The notes under the pieces: generated by a model | Seen by the model: only the letters and a program-made list of their open reading frames with translations | Database searches by the model: none | Told to the model about the DNA's origin: nothing | NCBI GenBank assembly: GCA_964016885.1 | Contig: OZ024752.1 | Location: 10,912,001 to 10,976,000, forward strand | Length of the DNA stretch: 64,000 nucleotides | Direction: 5' to 3' | Source of the DNA: Eledone cirrhosa | Taxonomy: Eukaryota | Part shown: positions 14,400 through 27,436 of the stretch, one piece after another | Layout of the letters: each line of letters starts with the position of its first letter | How positions within the stretch are numbered: the first letter of the stretch is position 1 | Position numbers and translations under genes: made by a program

Positions 14400-15330
14400 T
14401 CCTAACGGGTCTTGTCAGAAGCACCTCGTACCTTGGAACTTTCAGAAGTATATACCAGTAATATATTACGTTTAGAAGATGCACGAGTTAACATGGGGTA
14501 CTTCTGTTTGACAAAATGACTTGCAGTCTCCTTTTCACACTGTAAAAACTGGCGATGGGTCTGTGAAGGTACAAACATTGCGTATCCCGAAACGGCTTGG
14601 TAGGGAGCAAACCATAACTATTGGATCTACTGGACACAGTTTCTTCTGGCAAGATCCGCTAGAAGGAGATTTTGAAGATTCTGCACCCATGATTCTCTCA
14701 AGAGGAAGAAGAAGAAGAAACGAAAAGAAGAAGAAAAGAAAAGAAAAGAAGAAGAAAAGAAAAGAAGAAAAGAAAAGAAGAAAAGAAAAGAAGAAAAAAG
14801 AAGAAGAAGAATGTGGTTAGAATGTCTCAGAAAAGAATCGCTAAAATGATTTTACGGACAAAACCCCGAGAACGATGATTGGATAACATCCATGAGCAGG
14901 GTTGGTCGCGCTTGGAGATCCAGCCGGATAAATTAGAAACAGGTGCTTCTGCCAGGACCCATTGGAGGGAGCGTTTGAGGATTCAACCCGCTCCCCACAG
15001 ATATCACATTAATAGAAGAAGGCCAAGAAGAAGGCCAAGAAGAAGAAGAAGAAGAAGAATACAAAGAAGGCAAAGAAGAAGAAGAATACAAAGAAGGCAA
15101 AGAAGAAGAAGAAGAAGAAGACAAAGAAGGCAAAGAAGAAGAAGAAGACAAAGAAGAAGAAGAAGAAGAAGAAGAAGAAGAAGACAAAGAAGGCAAAGAA
15201 GAAGAAGAAGACAAAGAAGGCAAAGAAGAAGAAGAAGACAAAGAAGAAGAAGAAGAAGAAGAAGAAGAAGACAAAGAAGGCAAATAAGAAGAAGAAGGAG
15301 GCAAAGAAGAAGAAGAAGGCAAAGAAGAAG
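14400..15330 (+). mobile_element. Two decayed RTE (Expander/Rex3-like) 3' ends, each ending in a GAA-rich tail
   Basis: 14811-14997 encodes VVRMSQKRIAKMILRTKP..DNIHEQGWSRLEIQPDKLE..HWRERLRI. The tails are at 14700-14810 and 15013-15330. Confidence 0.75.
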
Positions 15331-16359
15331 TGTGACATTGTTTACTGGGGCGACCAACGGGGTCTTATAGTTCTTCTGAACTTGGATCTTCCACAGAACA
15401 TCTTGATACCATTGATACACTGATAAATTGCATTATCTTGATTCTATACTTCTCTAAAAAGATTAGCTGTTTGTTTGATCAATCGAGTTCTATAAGTATT
15501 TTCTATGTATTCCATTTCTTTCACTAAACGAAATGAAGTACATTTTGAAATTGAGTTATTAGATTCTTAAACATGTTTCGTCTTTTAGTGTCTTCATGCA
15601 ATATTGGATTTCTGATATTTTAATTCATTTTTTAACTTGAGATTTTCATTGATTTTAAATAGAATGTATAGTGTATAGTACTAAACTATATTGTGTTCAG
15701 TAATTGCCAGTTAACTAGCTTTTATTTCATATATTATTGCTATAAAATTGTATAGGTTATACAGTGTATTTACGATGATTTATTTAATTTGCTTTCTTTA
15801 AATTACATTCAATAGGTGTTCACTTGGTTGGTTTTGTTATTGAATTGTTCATGTTGATTAATAAGAAATGTACGTGAGCGGCTGTCATTTTCATATATTT
15901 CCATTTTTGCTTTGTATTTTCTTGCGTGACTACTAGTTGATTTCATTTAGTTATTTGTCTGTCTATAAAATTTATCTCATTAAAACCAGTGATGAGTTTC
16001 AAAGAGTTTGTTGTATTCTATTAAACATTATTGTACCGACAATTGTTATATATTAATCATTTTAATCATATTGTTCATGAATACTTTCGTTCAACTGTCA
16101 TCAGAAATCAGTTCACAAGTATACTAATCTATTACTGTATATGAACTAATAGATTTACTGACTTGGTGAAAGTTCTCCAGTGACATATATTCGTGTTCCA
16201 TAAAGTTTTCATTTCATTTGGATGAAGTAGATTATATATAAAGTCTAGGTGACCTAAATTCACGACTGATTTCAGTTCCTTGACTTTGTATTATATTTCT
16301 TCAAGATTTTGAACTCATGTTTACAGTATGAATTTACAATATTTATCCCTATTATATTT

Positions 16360-16525
16360 TGGCAGTATCGGTTGAGGGTCGGACGCCATGCATTGCAGCA
16401 AAGAGTTACGTGCCTTTATGATCTGAGTTCAAATCGCGCCAAGGTTAACTTTGCCTTTCATCCTTACGGGGTCGATAAAATAAAGTACCAGTAATTGGCC
16501 TTGTGCCAAAAGTAGAAACAATTAT
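16360..16525 (+). mobile_element. Dominant SINE copy
   Basis: Matches the family consensus. Confidence 0.9.
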
Positions 16526-16586
16526 ATTTACAAACATCACGTCTACCATTAGTCTGCCCATCATCATATTCCTGTTTCTATATATA

Positions 16587-16990
16587 CAGTGTTGTTCATA
16601 ATTCAGAAAGCAAACTAATAAGTGTTTCAGGTTTAGGTTAATTTTGAACAAGGTACAATTATTAAATTTAAAAAAAGTATATTATTACAAAGATACAACA
16701 CAAAGCATTATGCTACAAATTGTTTATTCCAAATTAGTACTTTGTTTGATGACCTTTAGCAGCAATTCCTCTAACATTTCTGTGAGGCATTGATTCCACC
16801 AAGGAGCCTAAATATTTAGGGATAATATATTCTATCCATTCAGCAAGAGTTTGTTGTTGTAATTCAATAATTGAGCTGGGATGCAGCTTGGCAACTTTGT
16901 AAATCAATAATGAAGCTGGGATGTAGCTTAACAACTTTGTCTTTCATTAATTCCTAACAGTTTTCAATTGAGGTTAAGTCTGCTCTAACC
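16587..16990 (-). mobile_element. Tc1-like transposon 3' remnant with TIR
   Basis: The minus strand gives decayed SADL..IENC (an SPDLNPIEN equivalent) and EW..I..YLGSLVESMPHR..IAAKGHQTKY. The terminus is TA|CAGTGTTGTTCATAATT. Confidence 0.8.
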
Positions 16991-17035
16991 TTTTTTTTTA
17001 CTAAATTGTTCGATTTAATATTAGTTTTCCAATAA

Positions 17036-17175
17036 ATAATTGTTTCTATTTTTGGCACAAGGCCAGCAATTATCCCAGTGTATTACTGGTACTTTATTTT
17101 ATCGACTCCGTAAGGATGAAAGGTAAAGTTAACGTCGGTGGGATTTGAACTCGGACCATAAAGGGGCGTAACTAT
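17036..17175 (-). mobile_element. Truncated SINE copy
   Basis: Matches the family consensus. Confidence 0.88.
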
Positions 17176-17177
17176 TT

Positions 17178-18120
17178 GCCTGCTCGGCAAACGAAAAAAC
17201 ATGCTGTAATTCTTAACTTAAATTTAGAGCATAATTATTTAGTGATTGTTCGCGTCTTGAAAGTGGCGCAGTTGTTTGTTGTCAAAATTCTCAAAATTCT
17301 CAGTCAGCCATTCTCCAGCAGGAACGAAACGTAACGGTTCTGCTAAGGGTCCTAATATAGACAGAACACCCACATTTGTGTGCATGGTGCAGAAAATAAT
17401 CAAGAAGTAATTCAGAAATTCAATTAGCTCCATTGCAATGAACTCAAGGTTTTAAGGTGCACTATCGGCGGGATTATGCATTAGTACTTACGATACAAGT
17501 TATATGTGATACGGAGAGGCGAATTCATGTATACAAAGACAAAGGTTAACTGTCTCGTCAGCGTATTGCGTTTGTTGAGTATGTGGAAACACCAAGAGCG
17601 CGAACTGCTTTGGTTTTTCTCGAATTAGAAAATATTTGATTAAGTCCAAAACATCAACAGATGGAATAATAGACAGGTATGCAAAGATCCTGAAGACGTT
17701 CTAATGGTCATGCGCACAACCTCTCCAGCAACAGTGATGCTTCTGGGAGACGTTATCAAGGTGTGAGATATCATGCCCCCTCACATCGCTTCTGGTGCTC
17801 AGGTCATGATGGGTTTGATTATAACGAGGTACTGGAGAGGGTTGTGAAGCCTTGGATAGAGAGCGTGAGGCAAGGATATGTTTGAGTTAAAATGTGAACG
17901 ATCACATCAACCAACCAGAGAGCATCTTGGTTCCCTAGACACAAATCCGTTGGACTACCACAAATGTTATTTACTCGAGCGGAAGCCAATCAAATCACCC
18001 ATAGCACTATAAAAACTCTACTAGTATAATATCCAAAATATATAAGGAACATCTGTTTGGGGCACGTGAACGTCTTAGGCCTCGTATTGAAGCAGTCATC
18101 GAGGCAAATGACATTAATTA
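17178..18120 (+). pseudogene. Decayed DD37D (maT-like) Tc1/mariner transposase
   Basis: Manual translation gives RTPTFV.MVQKII, LRYKLYVIRRGEFM, WFFSN*KIFD*VQNINRWNNRQVCKDPEDV.MVMRT.SPATVMLLG, IMPPH, VLERVVKPWIESV, NPLDY and RPRIEAVIEAN, with many stops and frameshifts. It is absent from the ORF track. Confidence 0.8.
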
Positions 18121-18169
18121 CGTGACGGCATTAAGAAGATTCTTAAGCTTATTCCTGCCAATTATATCT

Positions 18170-18460
18170 CGTCTGAGGAGGGAGCCTCGCGAGGTTGGGT
18201 GGCTGTTACAGCTGGTATCACTAGCCATCGCCCGGGGGAATATTTTTGCCGTCGTGTCCGTGGGGCGCAGCATTCCTGCCCCCTTGCCCTAGGCCCAAAG
18301 CGCAATCACCCTTTTCTTTCACCCCGCCCTCTCTTCTGTGACACCAAAGCTCTTGCCATCGCCTCCCTTTCCCGTTTTTTTTTTTCTTTCTTTCTCTCTT
18401 GTTTTTCTAAATTTCACTATTCTTTATTTCCTTTTGTTTTCCCTTTTTTTCTCATTAAAT
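18170..18460 (+). repeat. GC-rich dispersed repeat of unknown class, related to 56130-56370 (minus)
   Basis: Shared GGGAGCC.CG.GA..TGGGTGG....AGCTGGT.TC.CT.G.CAT...TGTCCG.GGGGCG followed by a pyrimidine-rich tract. Confidence 0.5.
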
Positions 18461-18883
18461 ACAGTTTGATTTTTGCTTATGAATATAGCTTGTATTTCAT
18501 AACTTATGTATCCTTTATAATTGTCTGCAAATGTCCTCAAAGAACTAAGCAACATCGTTGACAATGTTGGTCTATATAAGCAACAAATATTTCTCAATTA
18601 TTCTAACACTACATGTCTTTACCCATAACTACACACTTCCCAGAATGTAAATGAGACGTCAATCGTTCGAATCGCGTTTGAGACGGTATACATATTCTGA
18701 AAGCTATCAAAATTTGAACCCATCAAAACAGAAGCTGGTGTAAACACTGTAGCATACTGACAGTTTACATGGCGGTATTCAGGTGGTGTAAGCATGTGTC
18801 TTTTACAAGCTATCAAATTAATTATCCAGGTGTATGAAAATGAAAATCTATATTCTTTACATGGAAAAGATAAAGATTCATTA

Positions 18884-19045
18884 CTCCGATGGCTGAGCTC
18901 CGGTCATTTCGACAGCTAGATCTAGCGCTCGAAACGGCCGGAGCTCAGCCGTCGGGGTTCTGAATCTGTTCATATTACTTACTCTACTACTCCAAGTATC
19001 GAGTACTCTGGTGCGTATGGCCTACCTTGTATCTTACCACGCTCT
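18884..19045. mobile_element. Fold-back element with hammerhead half-core; related to 9590-9705
   Basis: Inverted arms flank the palindrome GCTAGATCTAGC and contain GAAACGGC...GCCGTC. The adjacent 18970-19040 is the reverse complement of 9590-9660. Confidence 0.7.
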
Positions 19046-19098
19046 CTCTGTTATATATATATTTATATATACATACTCATATTCAAACGTACATATAT

Positions 19099-19285
19099 AT
19101 ATAGAAATGGCTTCTTCAGGGCTTGAACTGGTTCGTTCGGGGGAAATCATCAGGCTTCCTGATGATTTCTCCCGAATTAAACAGTTCTAGTCCTGTAGAA
19201 CCAATTTCTATATTAAATATTTATGCTCTACTATGTTTTGAGTATCTTACTGTGGTTACCCGCGATTGAACCCAGAATAAACTTT
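19099..19285. mobile_element. Fold-back element with head-to-head CTGATGA cores, flanked by a direct repeat
   Basis: An imperfect IR spans 19099-19213 around TCATCAGGCTTCCTGATGA. ATACTCATATTCAAACGTACA occurs on both sides. A related fragment lies at ~35815-35870. Confidence 0.7.
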
Positions 19286-19365
19286 ATATATATATACTCA
19301 TATTCAAACGTACACACATATGTGTGTATAAACACACACACCATATGTATATGGTACGACAACCA

Positions 19366-20230
19366 GAGATACCAGAGTGTCATGTTCGTGGACGCTACCC
19401 TTGGAGGGAAATTAGCTAACCAGTGTAAAAAGGCCCTGATAAAGACCCACTTAAAGATTAAAGTGGTAGAAAAGCCAGGAACTACCATAAAATCCCTGAT
19501 CACCAAAACAATCTTTTAAGAAAACCCACTGTACTAATTGGAAATGTGTTATATGTAAAGTAAAGCCCCAGATAAACTGTAAAACTAGAAAGGGTACTTG
19601 CAGAAACATGACAACATACATAGGCGAGACAGCTCGAAGCATAGGAGAAAGGTTAAACCAACACTGGTGGGAACTAAAAGGACGATAAAACGGTTCAATA
19701 CTATACGAACACGCCAGACAACAACATGACGGTAACATAGACAACATAGAAATTAAAATAATATCTAAACATAGAAATGACCCAGCAGATAGGCAAATCA
19801 GAGAGGCCAGTGAAATAGAGCTTAGAAGGCCAAAGGTAAACAGAAAAAATGAATGGAATAACAACACCCAAACAAACAATACTGACTTAAGAGAAATATA
19901 AATAAATAAATAAATATATACACAAGCACAATAACAACAAACACATATAAACACACACTAGTAAACTAAGATAGACTACAATAACCAAAACACAGTCACC
20001 CAAACGCGAACACACACCAAACACTATACACACACGCAAACGCATGCGCAGAGAAGAAGACAAAAATAAATAAATAATTAAATAAATAAATAAACAAACA
20101 GATCAAATTTAAAAAATGGCGTAGATATAAAATACAACAAGAGGAACATAATAAGAGTACCACTGATGATGTTGCAGATGTGCAACGAAAGAACTTTGTT
20201 AGACTAATATATATGTGTTTATATCTATAT
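19366..20230 (+). mobile_element. Penelope-like element 3' part (GIY-YIG endonuclease pseudo-ORF plus terminal region with hammerhead core)
   Basis: SVMFVDATLGGKLA..IKVVEKPG, a Cys cluster, and YIGETARSIGERLNQH..LYEH..H..RQIREA..NRKNEW. The core CTGATGA-T-GTTGCA(GATG)TGCAAC-GAAA lies at 20163-20190. Confidence 0.85.
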
Positions 20231-21049
20231 TATATCTGTATTTTTTACCGTTGGTGAGTCAATGATAAACATTGAGGACCAAATGAATTAACTGTGTAGA
20301 TATAAAAGATACAGAAGCGAAAACCAGCTAAACAGTGAGTGTGTTCTGTTATTATTTCTGGCAATATTATTACAACAATATGACCCTCCCCAAGTAAAAC
20401 AATATATATATATTTATATATATATACATTACTTGATAAATCAAAATTACTAAGACTTCTTTTTCTATTATATTGCGTCAACCAGTATCCTTACCTTATT
20501 ATATTTAGTCAGGTTTGATGTAAACAAATCAAAACTATTGACTGTCTATAGAAGTATTCTTTTATTTTATTGATACACTTCACCAACGATAACGTTTTTC
20601 CTTTCTCATTTTTTAATTTTCTGTTTCATTTCTGTTTTGTTTTGGTATTGTTTGTATATCGATCTTACGAAATATTTACTTGCATAGTTGCATAGTATTC
20701 AGTTCTTGTGACTTATTAGGTATAGGACTCGGATCGATAAATATATAGTATTTCTATACAGAAAAAAAAAAGGATCTTGTAAGGTTTTTGATGTAATAAA
20801 GAACGTTACCTAATAGCTAACAGATATTTACAGAGCCATATAATATTCATTGAATAGAGCACGCATGTTTACCAGTGTAAAATCAATAGCCTATGCTCCC
20901 CTATCTATAAATATATTGTCATTTGCCAAAGGGGAAATATAATATTTATGAATTTCCAGGTTCAATTTTTAAGTAACACCTCTTGCTGCTATGATTTCAG
21001 CTCTTGGCAGGGACCACCCGTCTCATTTTACACTAATTATGTCTGAATT

Positions 21050-21385
21050 AGGTGACGGATTGATAGAGTCGTTAGAATGTCGGATAGAAAGCTTTATGGT
21101 GTTTCTTCCGGCTCTCTACTCTTGGAGTTCAAATCGTGGCGAGGTCAACTTTGCCTTTCAACTTTTCGTTGTCGATAAAAATGTACCAGTCTAGTACTGG
21201 TGTCGATTCTACCCCCCCCCCTCTCTCTCTCACATCTTCTATCATACCTTCTCTCTTTCTCTAGAAGAAATCTGCTGTACTCAGGCCTGGAGAGGGATGG
21301 GCTCCGTCAGGCATAAAATGCCCAAGTATGTCAATATGGCTCCCTGCAGTAATATCACGAGTTACGGGACAATACCATACCATGG
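21050..21385 (+). mobile_element. Older SINE variant with alternative 3' module
   Basis: SINE head and core are followed by AAATCTGCTGTACTCAGGCCTGGAGAG...GAGTTACGGG..ATACCATAC. Siblings lie at 37975-38270 and 50895-51190. Confidence 0.75.
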
Positions 21386-23249
21386 CTGAATTACGTCTAT
21401 CTCACAAGCATGGGGATCTCTAGTATATATGATGTCTCCAGTGAGGGATGTAGTATATGTCGCAGTTTTGGTGCTATGATGTCAGCTCTTGACTGGACCA
21501 ATTATCTTATTTTAGCCTCATTATGGCTGAATCACGAATATTTACGTCTATCTCACATGGATGTGGATCTCTTGGAAATATAATGTTTCGAGTGAGCGAT
21601 GTAATATACGTTGTAGTTTTGGTATTAAATAATAGCGTTTAATTTAGTTGATCAATTAATGAACTTTAAAACTACGCCCAATTTCGAAATCACCGAAATA
21701 TGCTTGAAAGTACTTAACGTTTGCAAACCTATAATTATAGACAATAATATGAACGTCGCTGGCTGCAAAAATGCCAAATAAATTTTAATGTTGCAGTCCA
21801 CTAATTTAATATATGAACAATGGCGAGATATTGTAACCAACATAAAAACACTAAATATAATTAATGAGTTCATAGATTATAGTGTTTCACTAAATTCTTC
21901 CACAATTCAATGGTCTAATTGAAAGAAACCTGAAAGCGTTTGGTCATGTTTCAATGATCGAATAGATTCTGAGATTTTGGTTCTTAATTCTTATATTTAA
22001 ATAGAATATTTCTATAAATAAATAAATCAAATATGTAGACATTCTTAAAGAGAGTTATGACTACCCTAAAGGGGTTGTGACCACCCTTTTACCAATAAAT
22101 TTCAAGAGAGCAAACTAGAAAACTATTGTAATATGTTCAATAATTTGTTGTATTTTCAACAGTTGTTAATTTTTCCAACAGGGAAACTCTTTTTCTACTA
22201 GCATTCATTAAAATAAAGAGCGAAAAGCAATGCATCTACACTATATCCAACATACATGAAGATGGTAGACGGATATACAAGTTATGGAGAAAAACTACGA
22301 AGTAAGAAGAGTCAAACACATTATCTAATATAGCCAGGCTTGTAATAAACTATAAAGTAAAATCTCCAAATCGGAATTAGAAAATGTCATAGGGAATATG
22401 CACACTGAATCTAAATACCAGTTTCAGTGAGAAAGAACCAAGCACAGAAGAAAAGGACTTACAAAAAACACAGTAGAGAACGATCATAGATATAATAAAC
22501 TTGCTCTCAGACAATAGAAATACTTGGAGCCAATAACTGATGAAAGAAATATGGACAAAACCAACAAAAAAAGAGAAAGTAAAAAGAGAAAGTAAAAAGA
22601 GAAAGTAAAAAGAGAGTAAGAAGATCAAGAGCAAACAGCTTCCTTTGAAATTAGAAACACCCACGTAACATATACGCCAGTTAACCAGAGATGTACCAAA
22701 TACCTTCTTCACAAACTTAACAATAAAGAAAATAAATCATACACCAGATCATATTACATAAATATAATATTGTAGAAATCTCATCAAGAGTAGTAAAGAA
22801 AATACAAGTAAAGAACAAATGAAAATCCCGGCCTCAGTTTCATAACATAATTTCCTCCACAAATCAGTATTTATGATTAACAATGAGCTCGAACGTATTG
22901 ACACAAAAACATGTTTCAGGTTCTAAAAACGAGATGGTAGTGGCCTGCACTTAGTTCCCGTAAGGCAGCTGCCATACTACGATGGTTTTGTGTTGACAGC
23001 CCTAATCGAAACATATTTAATACCAACCCACACTAGGGTACTCACTTGAGGAAGATTTTTCCTAGAGCGATCTGATTAGTGTCACATAGATATGTATCAT
23101 CACGGTGACTATTCAGATGACATGCACCAAACCATATAGTCAGCACTTTGAACAAATGCTTAATTACCTGTACAATAGGTTCCTAGGTCTGACATTTTTT
23201 TTTTGTGTCGGAACGAAGCAGGGTTTGTGTGTAAAATGAAAACCCGTAC

Positions 23250-23445
23250 CAATAATTGTTTCTACTTTTGGCACAAGGCCAGCAATTAACCAGTGTATTA
23301 CTGGTACTTTATTTTATCGACCCCAGTAAGGATGAACGGCAAAGTTAACCTTGGCTGGATTTGAACTCAGAATGGCAAGGGCCGTAAATCTTTGCTGCAA
23401 AGCATGTCGTCCTACCCTCTAGCGATACTGCTAATCCACCGCCCT
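23250..23445 (-). mobile_element. Dominant SINE copy
   Basis: Matches the family consensus. Confidence 0.9.
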
Positions 23446-23781
23446 AGGGGCCAATCTACCGCCCGTACCAATAATAAGGGTTTATTATGTAAAACATAGG
23501 AAAACAAAGAAAAGTTACAAAAAAAATTAATCAGTGCTCGCAAATATATGCATAGTTCGATACACATTCCTGACAACTCCCACAAATAATACATTTTATA
23601 ATAAACAAACAATAAAATAAAGCATTTCTGTCAATATTAACGAAGCCTGTAACATAGTACACCAACCATGTCAACCTCAAAATATACAACTCATGTTAGG
23701 TACTACAATAATTGTTTTCCAGCAAGGTAATACAGCTAATACAACACACGGGCTATACAAACGTATACCAGGGTGGGGGAA

Positions 23782-23960
23782 TGGAATCGGTAGAGGGTCG
23801 GACGCCATGCTTTGCAGCACAGACTTACGGCCCTTTATAATCTGAGTTCAAATCCTGCCGAGGTTAACTGTGCCTTTCATCCTTACGGGATCGATAAAAT
23901 AAAATACCAGTAATACACTAGGATAATTGCTGGCCTTGTGCCAAAAGTAGAAACAATTAT
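23782..23960 (+). mobile_element. Dominant SINE copy
   Basis: Matches the family consensus. Confidence 0.9.
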
Positions 23961-24829
23961 ACATAATACAATTCCAAACAACACAAATATATGAAATGCA
24001 ATCCTCGGCAAGACAAATAATACAACTAAAGTAAGTCTTGTTACATAACATTTAGGTGAAACTCAGCACCAGTAACAAGGAAGGGAATCCAATCTATTAT
24101 ACAAACAACTGTTTTCACTGCAGGAACATGCTGTATAAACCTGAGGAACATGGTTTTGATGTGAAACGTTCATGAAACAGTTTTAAATATTTATGAGGTG
24201 AGGAATAAACAACCATCTAATGGGTTTTATCGACCCAAGTGTTACATAATTTATGGAACCTTGAGAAATAATTGACAAGATATACAAACTCAAAATATAA
24301 GAACATAACTAAATCTAGCAATGTAACTCGAGCCATATTTCAAAACAGAGTTAATGGTTTCTATATTAATTATTTTTATACTAACAATTATTTGCCGTAA
24401 ATCCTAATTAGGGAAAATTATCGAATCTTCAGCTAAATTAACGCGTTTTTTTTCTAATTGATTCAGGTTTATTTAGAAAACTTTCAAATATACAGTTAAT
24501 ATGGTGTGCTATATATATATATATATATAATAAATAAATACAATATCGGAGAAAGTTTTTTAGCGATACTCCGGCCAAATTCCAACTCACTCAACAAACA
24601 TTAGGAAATAAGTGATTATATTCCCAATTATGTGTTCGGGGTGCTAACTAAAAGTATTGCGTGGAAAATTGGCTGTATTATTTCAAATGAGACATATCTA
24701 ATATATCTCTATATATATATATATATGTATATATATGCACCAGGTCCAAACACATTAAAACCAAACTCCCACTGTCACTGCCTCGGTCTCTCGTGCTCTT
24801 CCATGTGGGTACACGTGCTGGTCGCCACA

Positions 24830-25085
24830 TGACCCCGGCGGACAGAATAGAAAGTATTTTCCCTAGTGGATGATGAGGGAGATGCGCTGGAAGAGCCATT
24901 TCAGCTTCCGAGGCTCACACCTGCGGGCGGTCAACTCTATGCCGATGGTGGTGAGTAGGGAGGTGATCCTAGGGACAAAGGCACCAGACGTTTCCATTGC
25001 TACAGGCTCGACCGCAAACCTGTCGGAGAATGACCAGTATTTGGTGAGTTTACCCTCCTCGGCCTGAAGTGCAGCTGAGCCTTGT
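24830..25085 (-). mobile_element. CRE-clade LINE 3' fragment
   Basis: The reverse complement is homologous to 55390-55635 (AEEGKLTKY..FAVEPVAMETSG..WLFQRISL). Confidence 0.8.
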
Positions 25086-25344
25086 AGCGATATGTCAGTT
25101 TTTGGTCAACAAGACTATAAACAGTATCAGAATGAGAAGAAAGAATTTCTGAAAATAACATGACTGCAAATACTAAACAGTGGCGTATAAAGATATTGGC
25201 ATATACTGACGTTTATGTATTTAATAAAAGGCTTCTCAAAGAAAACTGCTATATGTTATTGAGATAACCTTATCCGTTTATTTCAAATCTGTATATACTT
25301 GGGTTTCTATTTTAATCACCTTACTAAGTCAGATGGGAAAATAA

Positions 25345-25572
25345 TGATTTATGATCTAGGCTCAAGGCCAACAATTTTGAGGGAAGGGAAAGTCGATTAA
25401 ATCGACCCTAGTGCATTACTGGTACTTTATTTTATCGAACCCGCATGGATGATAAGCAAAGCTCACCTCAGCGTAACCTCAGCGGTACTTGAACTCAGAA
25501 CATAATGAACCGCACTCTATGCCGTTAAGCATGTTGTCCGCCGCTCTACCGATATTGCCAATCCACCGCCCT
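25345..25572 (-). mobile_element. SINE copy, long variant with GGTCGATTTAATCGAC hairpin
   Basis: Family consensus plus the extra palindrome also seen at 60-85 and 61800-61820. Confidence 0.88.
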
Positions 25573-25718
25573 ATTAGATATGTGATAAAGATAACAAGTT
25601 CCCCACACACATGAATACATTCAGGCTATAAGCTGTTAATGACGAAAACCAAGTCATGCTTCCAAATATGAAACAAGGGTTCATTAAGGAACATGCAAAT
25701 AGGTTAAGAAATAACGGG

Positions 25719-26082
25719 TGGCTGCGGACGTCTACATGGATGAAAATATCCTCTTGATAAAGGAGAACTGGTCTATGTTGGCTGCTGAGGTCTACTAGTT
25801 ATGAAAATATCTTCTTGATAAAGGAGAACTGATATATGTTGGCTGCGGAGGTCTACATGGTATGAAAATATCTTCTTGATAAAGGAGAGCTGATATATGT
25901 TGGCTGCGGAGGTCTACAAGTTATGAAAATATCCTCTTGATAAAGGAGAACTGGTCTATGTTGGCTGCGGACGTCTACATGGTATGAAAATATCTTCTTG
26001 ATAAAGGAGAACTGGTCTATGTTGGCTGCGGAGGTCTACAAATTATGAAAATATCTTCTTGATAAAGGAGAACTGATCTATA
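25719..26082. repeat. 61-bp minisatellite, 6 copies
   Basis: GATAAAGGAG recurs at 25756, 25817, 25878, 25939, 26000 and 26061. Confidence 0.95.
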
Positions 26083-26604
26083 TGTTTACAGCAAAATACT
26101 CTTCTTCGATTTCAGATAACCTACGACTATTAAACGTAGGCAGAGTTCAAAGTCTGCTATAAAAATAACACATATATATTTTCTTTTCATATTTAATAAA
26201 TTTAACAATGTAATTTAATAACGATAAAAAAAAATATATTTCTAAGTCGTGCAAAACAGACGTAGAAAGAGAAGAAAGCTTAACACGAAGAGACTTGCAA
26301 TGTTTGAGATCTCTCACTCAATAAATATCGTTGCCGACGTTACGGAATGCCTACAGAAAGGTGATATTATAAACATCAAAAAGCATTATACGGAATATAC
26401 CTTAGGGGATAAAAAGAAGGAAAACAAATATGTAAACTGAGCGACACATTTACACACAAACTGTAAGTATCTTTGCCAGACATTACTGATATGTCGTATA
26501 CAATAATCTAGATAATATAACAGCTATACATGAAAATAAAATATTGCTCCTATTCAAAAAGAGAGTGCTGCAATCACACGATAACAATCGGCATTTTAAA
26601 ATAT

Positions 26605-26913
26605 CAGCATCATCATCAACATACCATCACACCATGATTATCATATCTTCGTGTCAATATCATCATCATCATATAATATAATGATCACATTTTCATCCTA
26701 TTACCATACCATCATCATCATCACCATCCCATTACCATCCTCATCATCATGCCATAACCATCCCATCATCATCATCATCATGCCATAACCATCGCATCAT
26801 CATCATCTCATCATCATCAACCCATCACCATCATCATCATTATCATCATCCCAATACCATCCCATCATCATCATCATCATCATCGCATACTCATCACATC
26901 ATCATCATCATCA
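26605..26913. repeat. Degenerate (CAT)n microsatellite
   Basis: Directly visible. Confidence 0.9.
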
Positions 26914-27130
26914 TTCTTCTGGCTCTTTAGCTCTTCCTCTTGATTCCCTAAACAGCGGTTGAATCCCTAAACAGCGGCATATGGACTCATTGATTTTATG
27001 AGGCCCTCTTTCTTGATGTCTGAGCAGGGGTTTCCTGCCAGAGTCGTTGGTGGAATTGATAGTGCCCAAAATGTTGGAGGTGTTCCTGATGCAAATGAAA
27101 TTTGAACACAACTATAGAATTGATTTTCAC

Positions 27131-27315
27131 GATTGGCAGTATTGGTAGAGGGTCGGAGACCATGCTTTGTAGCATAGATTTACCTCCCTTTATGATCTGA
27201 GTTCAAATCCCGCCGAGGTTAACTTTACCTTTCATCCTTACGGGGTCGATAAAATAAAGTACCAGTAATGCACTGGGTAATTTATGGCCTTGTGCCAAAA
27301 GTAGAAACAATTATC
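27131..27315 (+). mobile_element. Dominant SINE copy
   Basis: Matches the family consensus. Confidence 0.9.
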
Positions 27316-27436
27316 ATCATAAGCATGATCTTCCTCTTTGCCACCACCATTACCACTACAACGACCACCACAAAAATATCCTACATCAAATTGTATTCGC
27401 GTGAAGATGTTAAAACCTTTAAACTATATACTATAG

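Noticed and set aside
14879-15370. Arg-rich protamine-like ORF (and antisense Ser, Leu or Phe ORFs)
   Set aside because: It is the (GAA)n tail of an RTE fragment. The codons are almost all AGA and the start codon is not ATG.
22230-22900. A-rich stretch resembling a decayed PLE RT region
   Set aside because: It is too degraded to read any motif with confidence.
26913-27110. Possible LINE 3' end on the minus strand with an (ATG)n tail
   Set aside because: No diagnostic motif is readable; the only support is the adjacent microsatellite.
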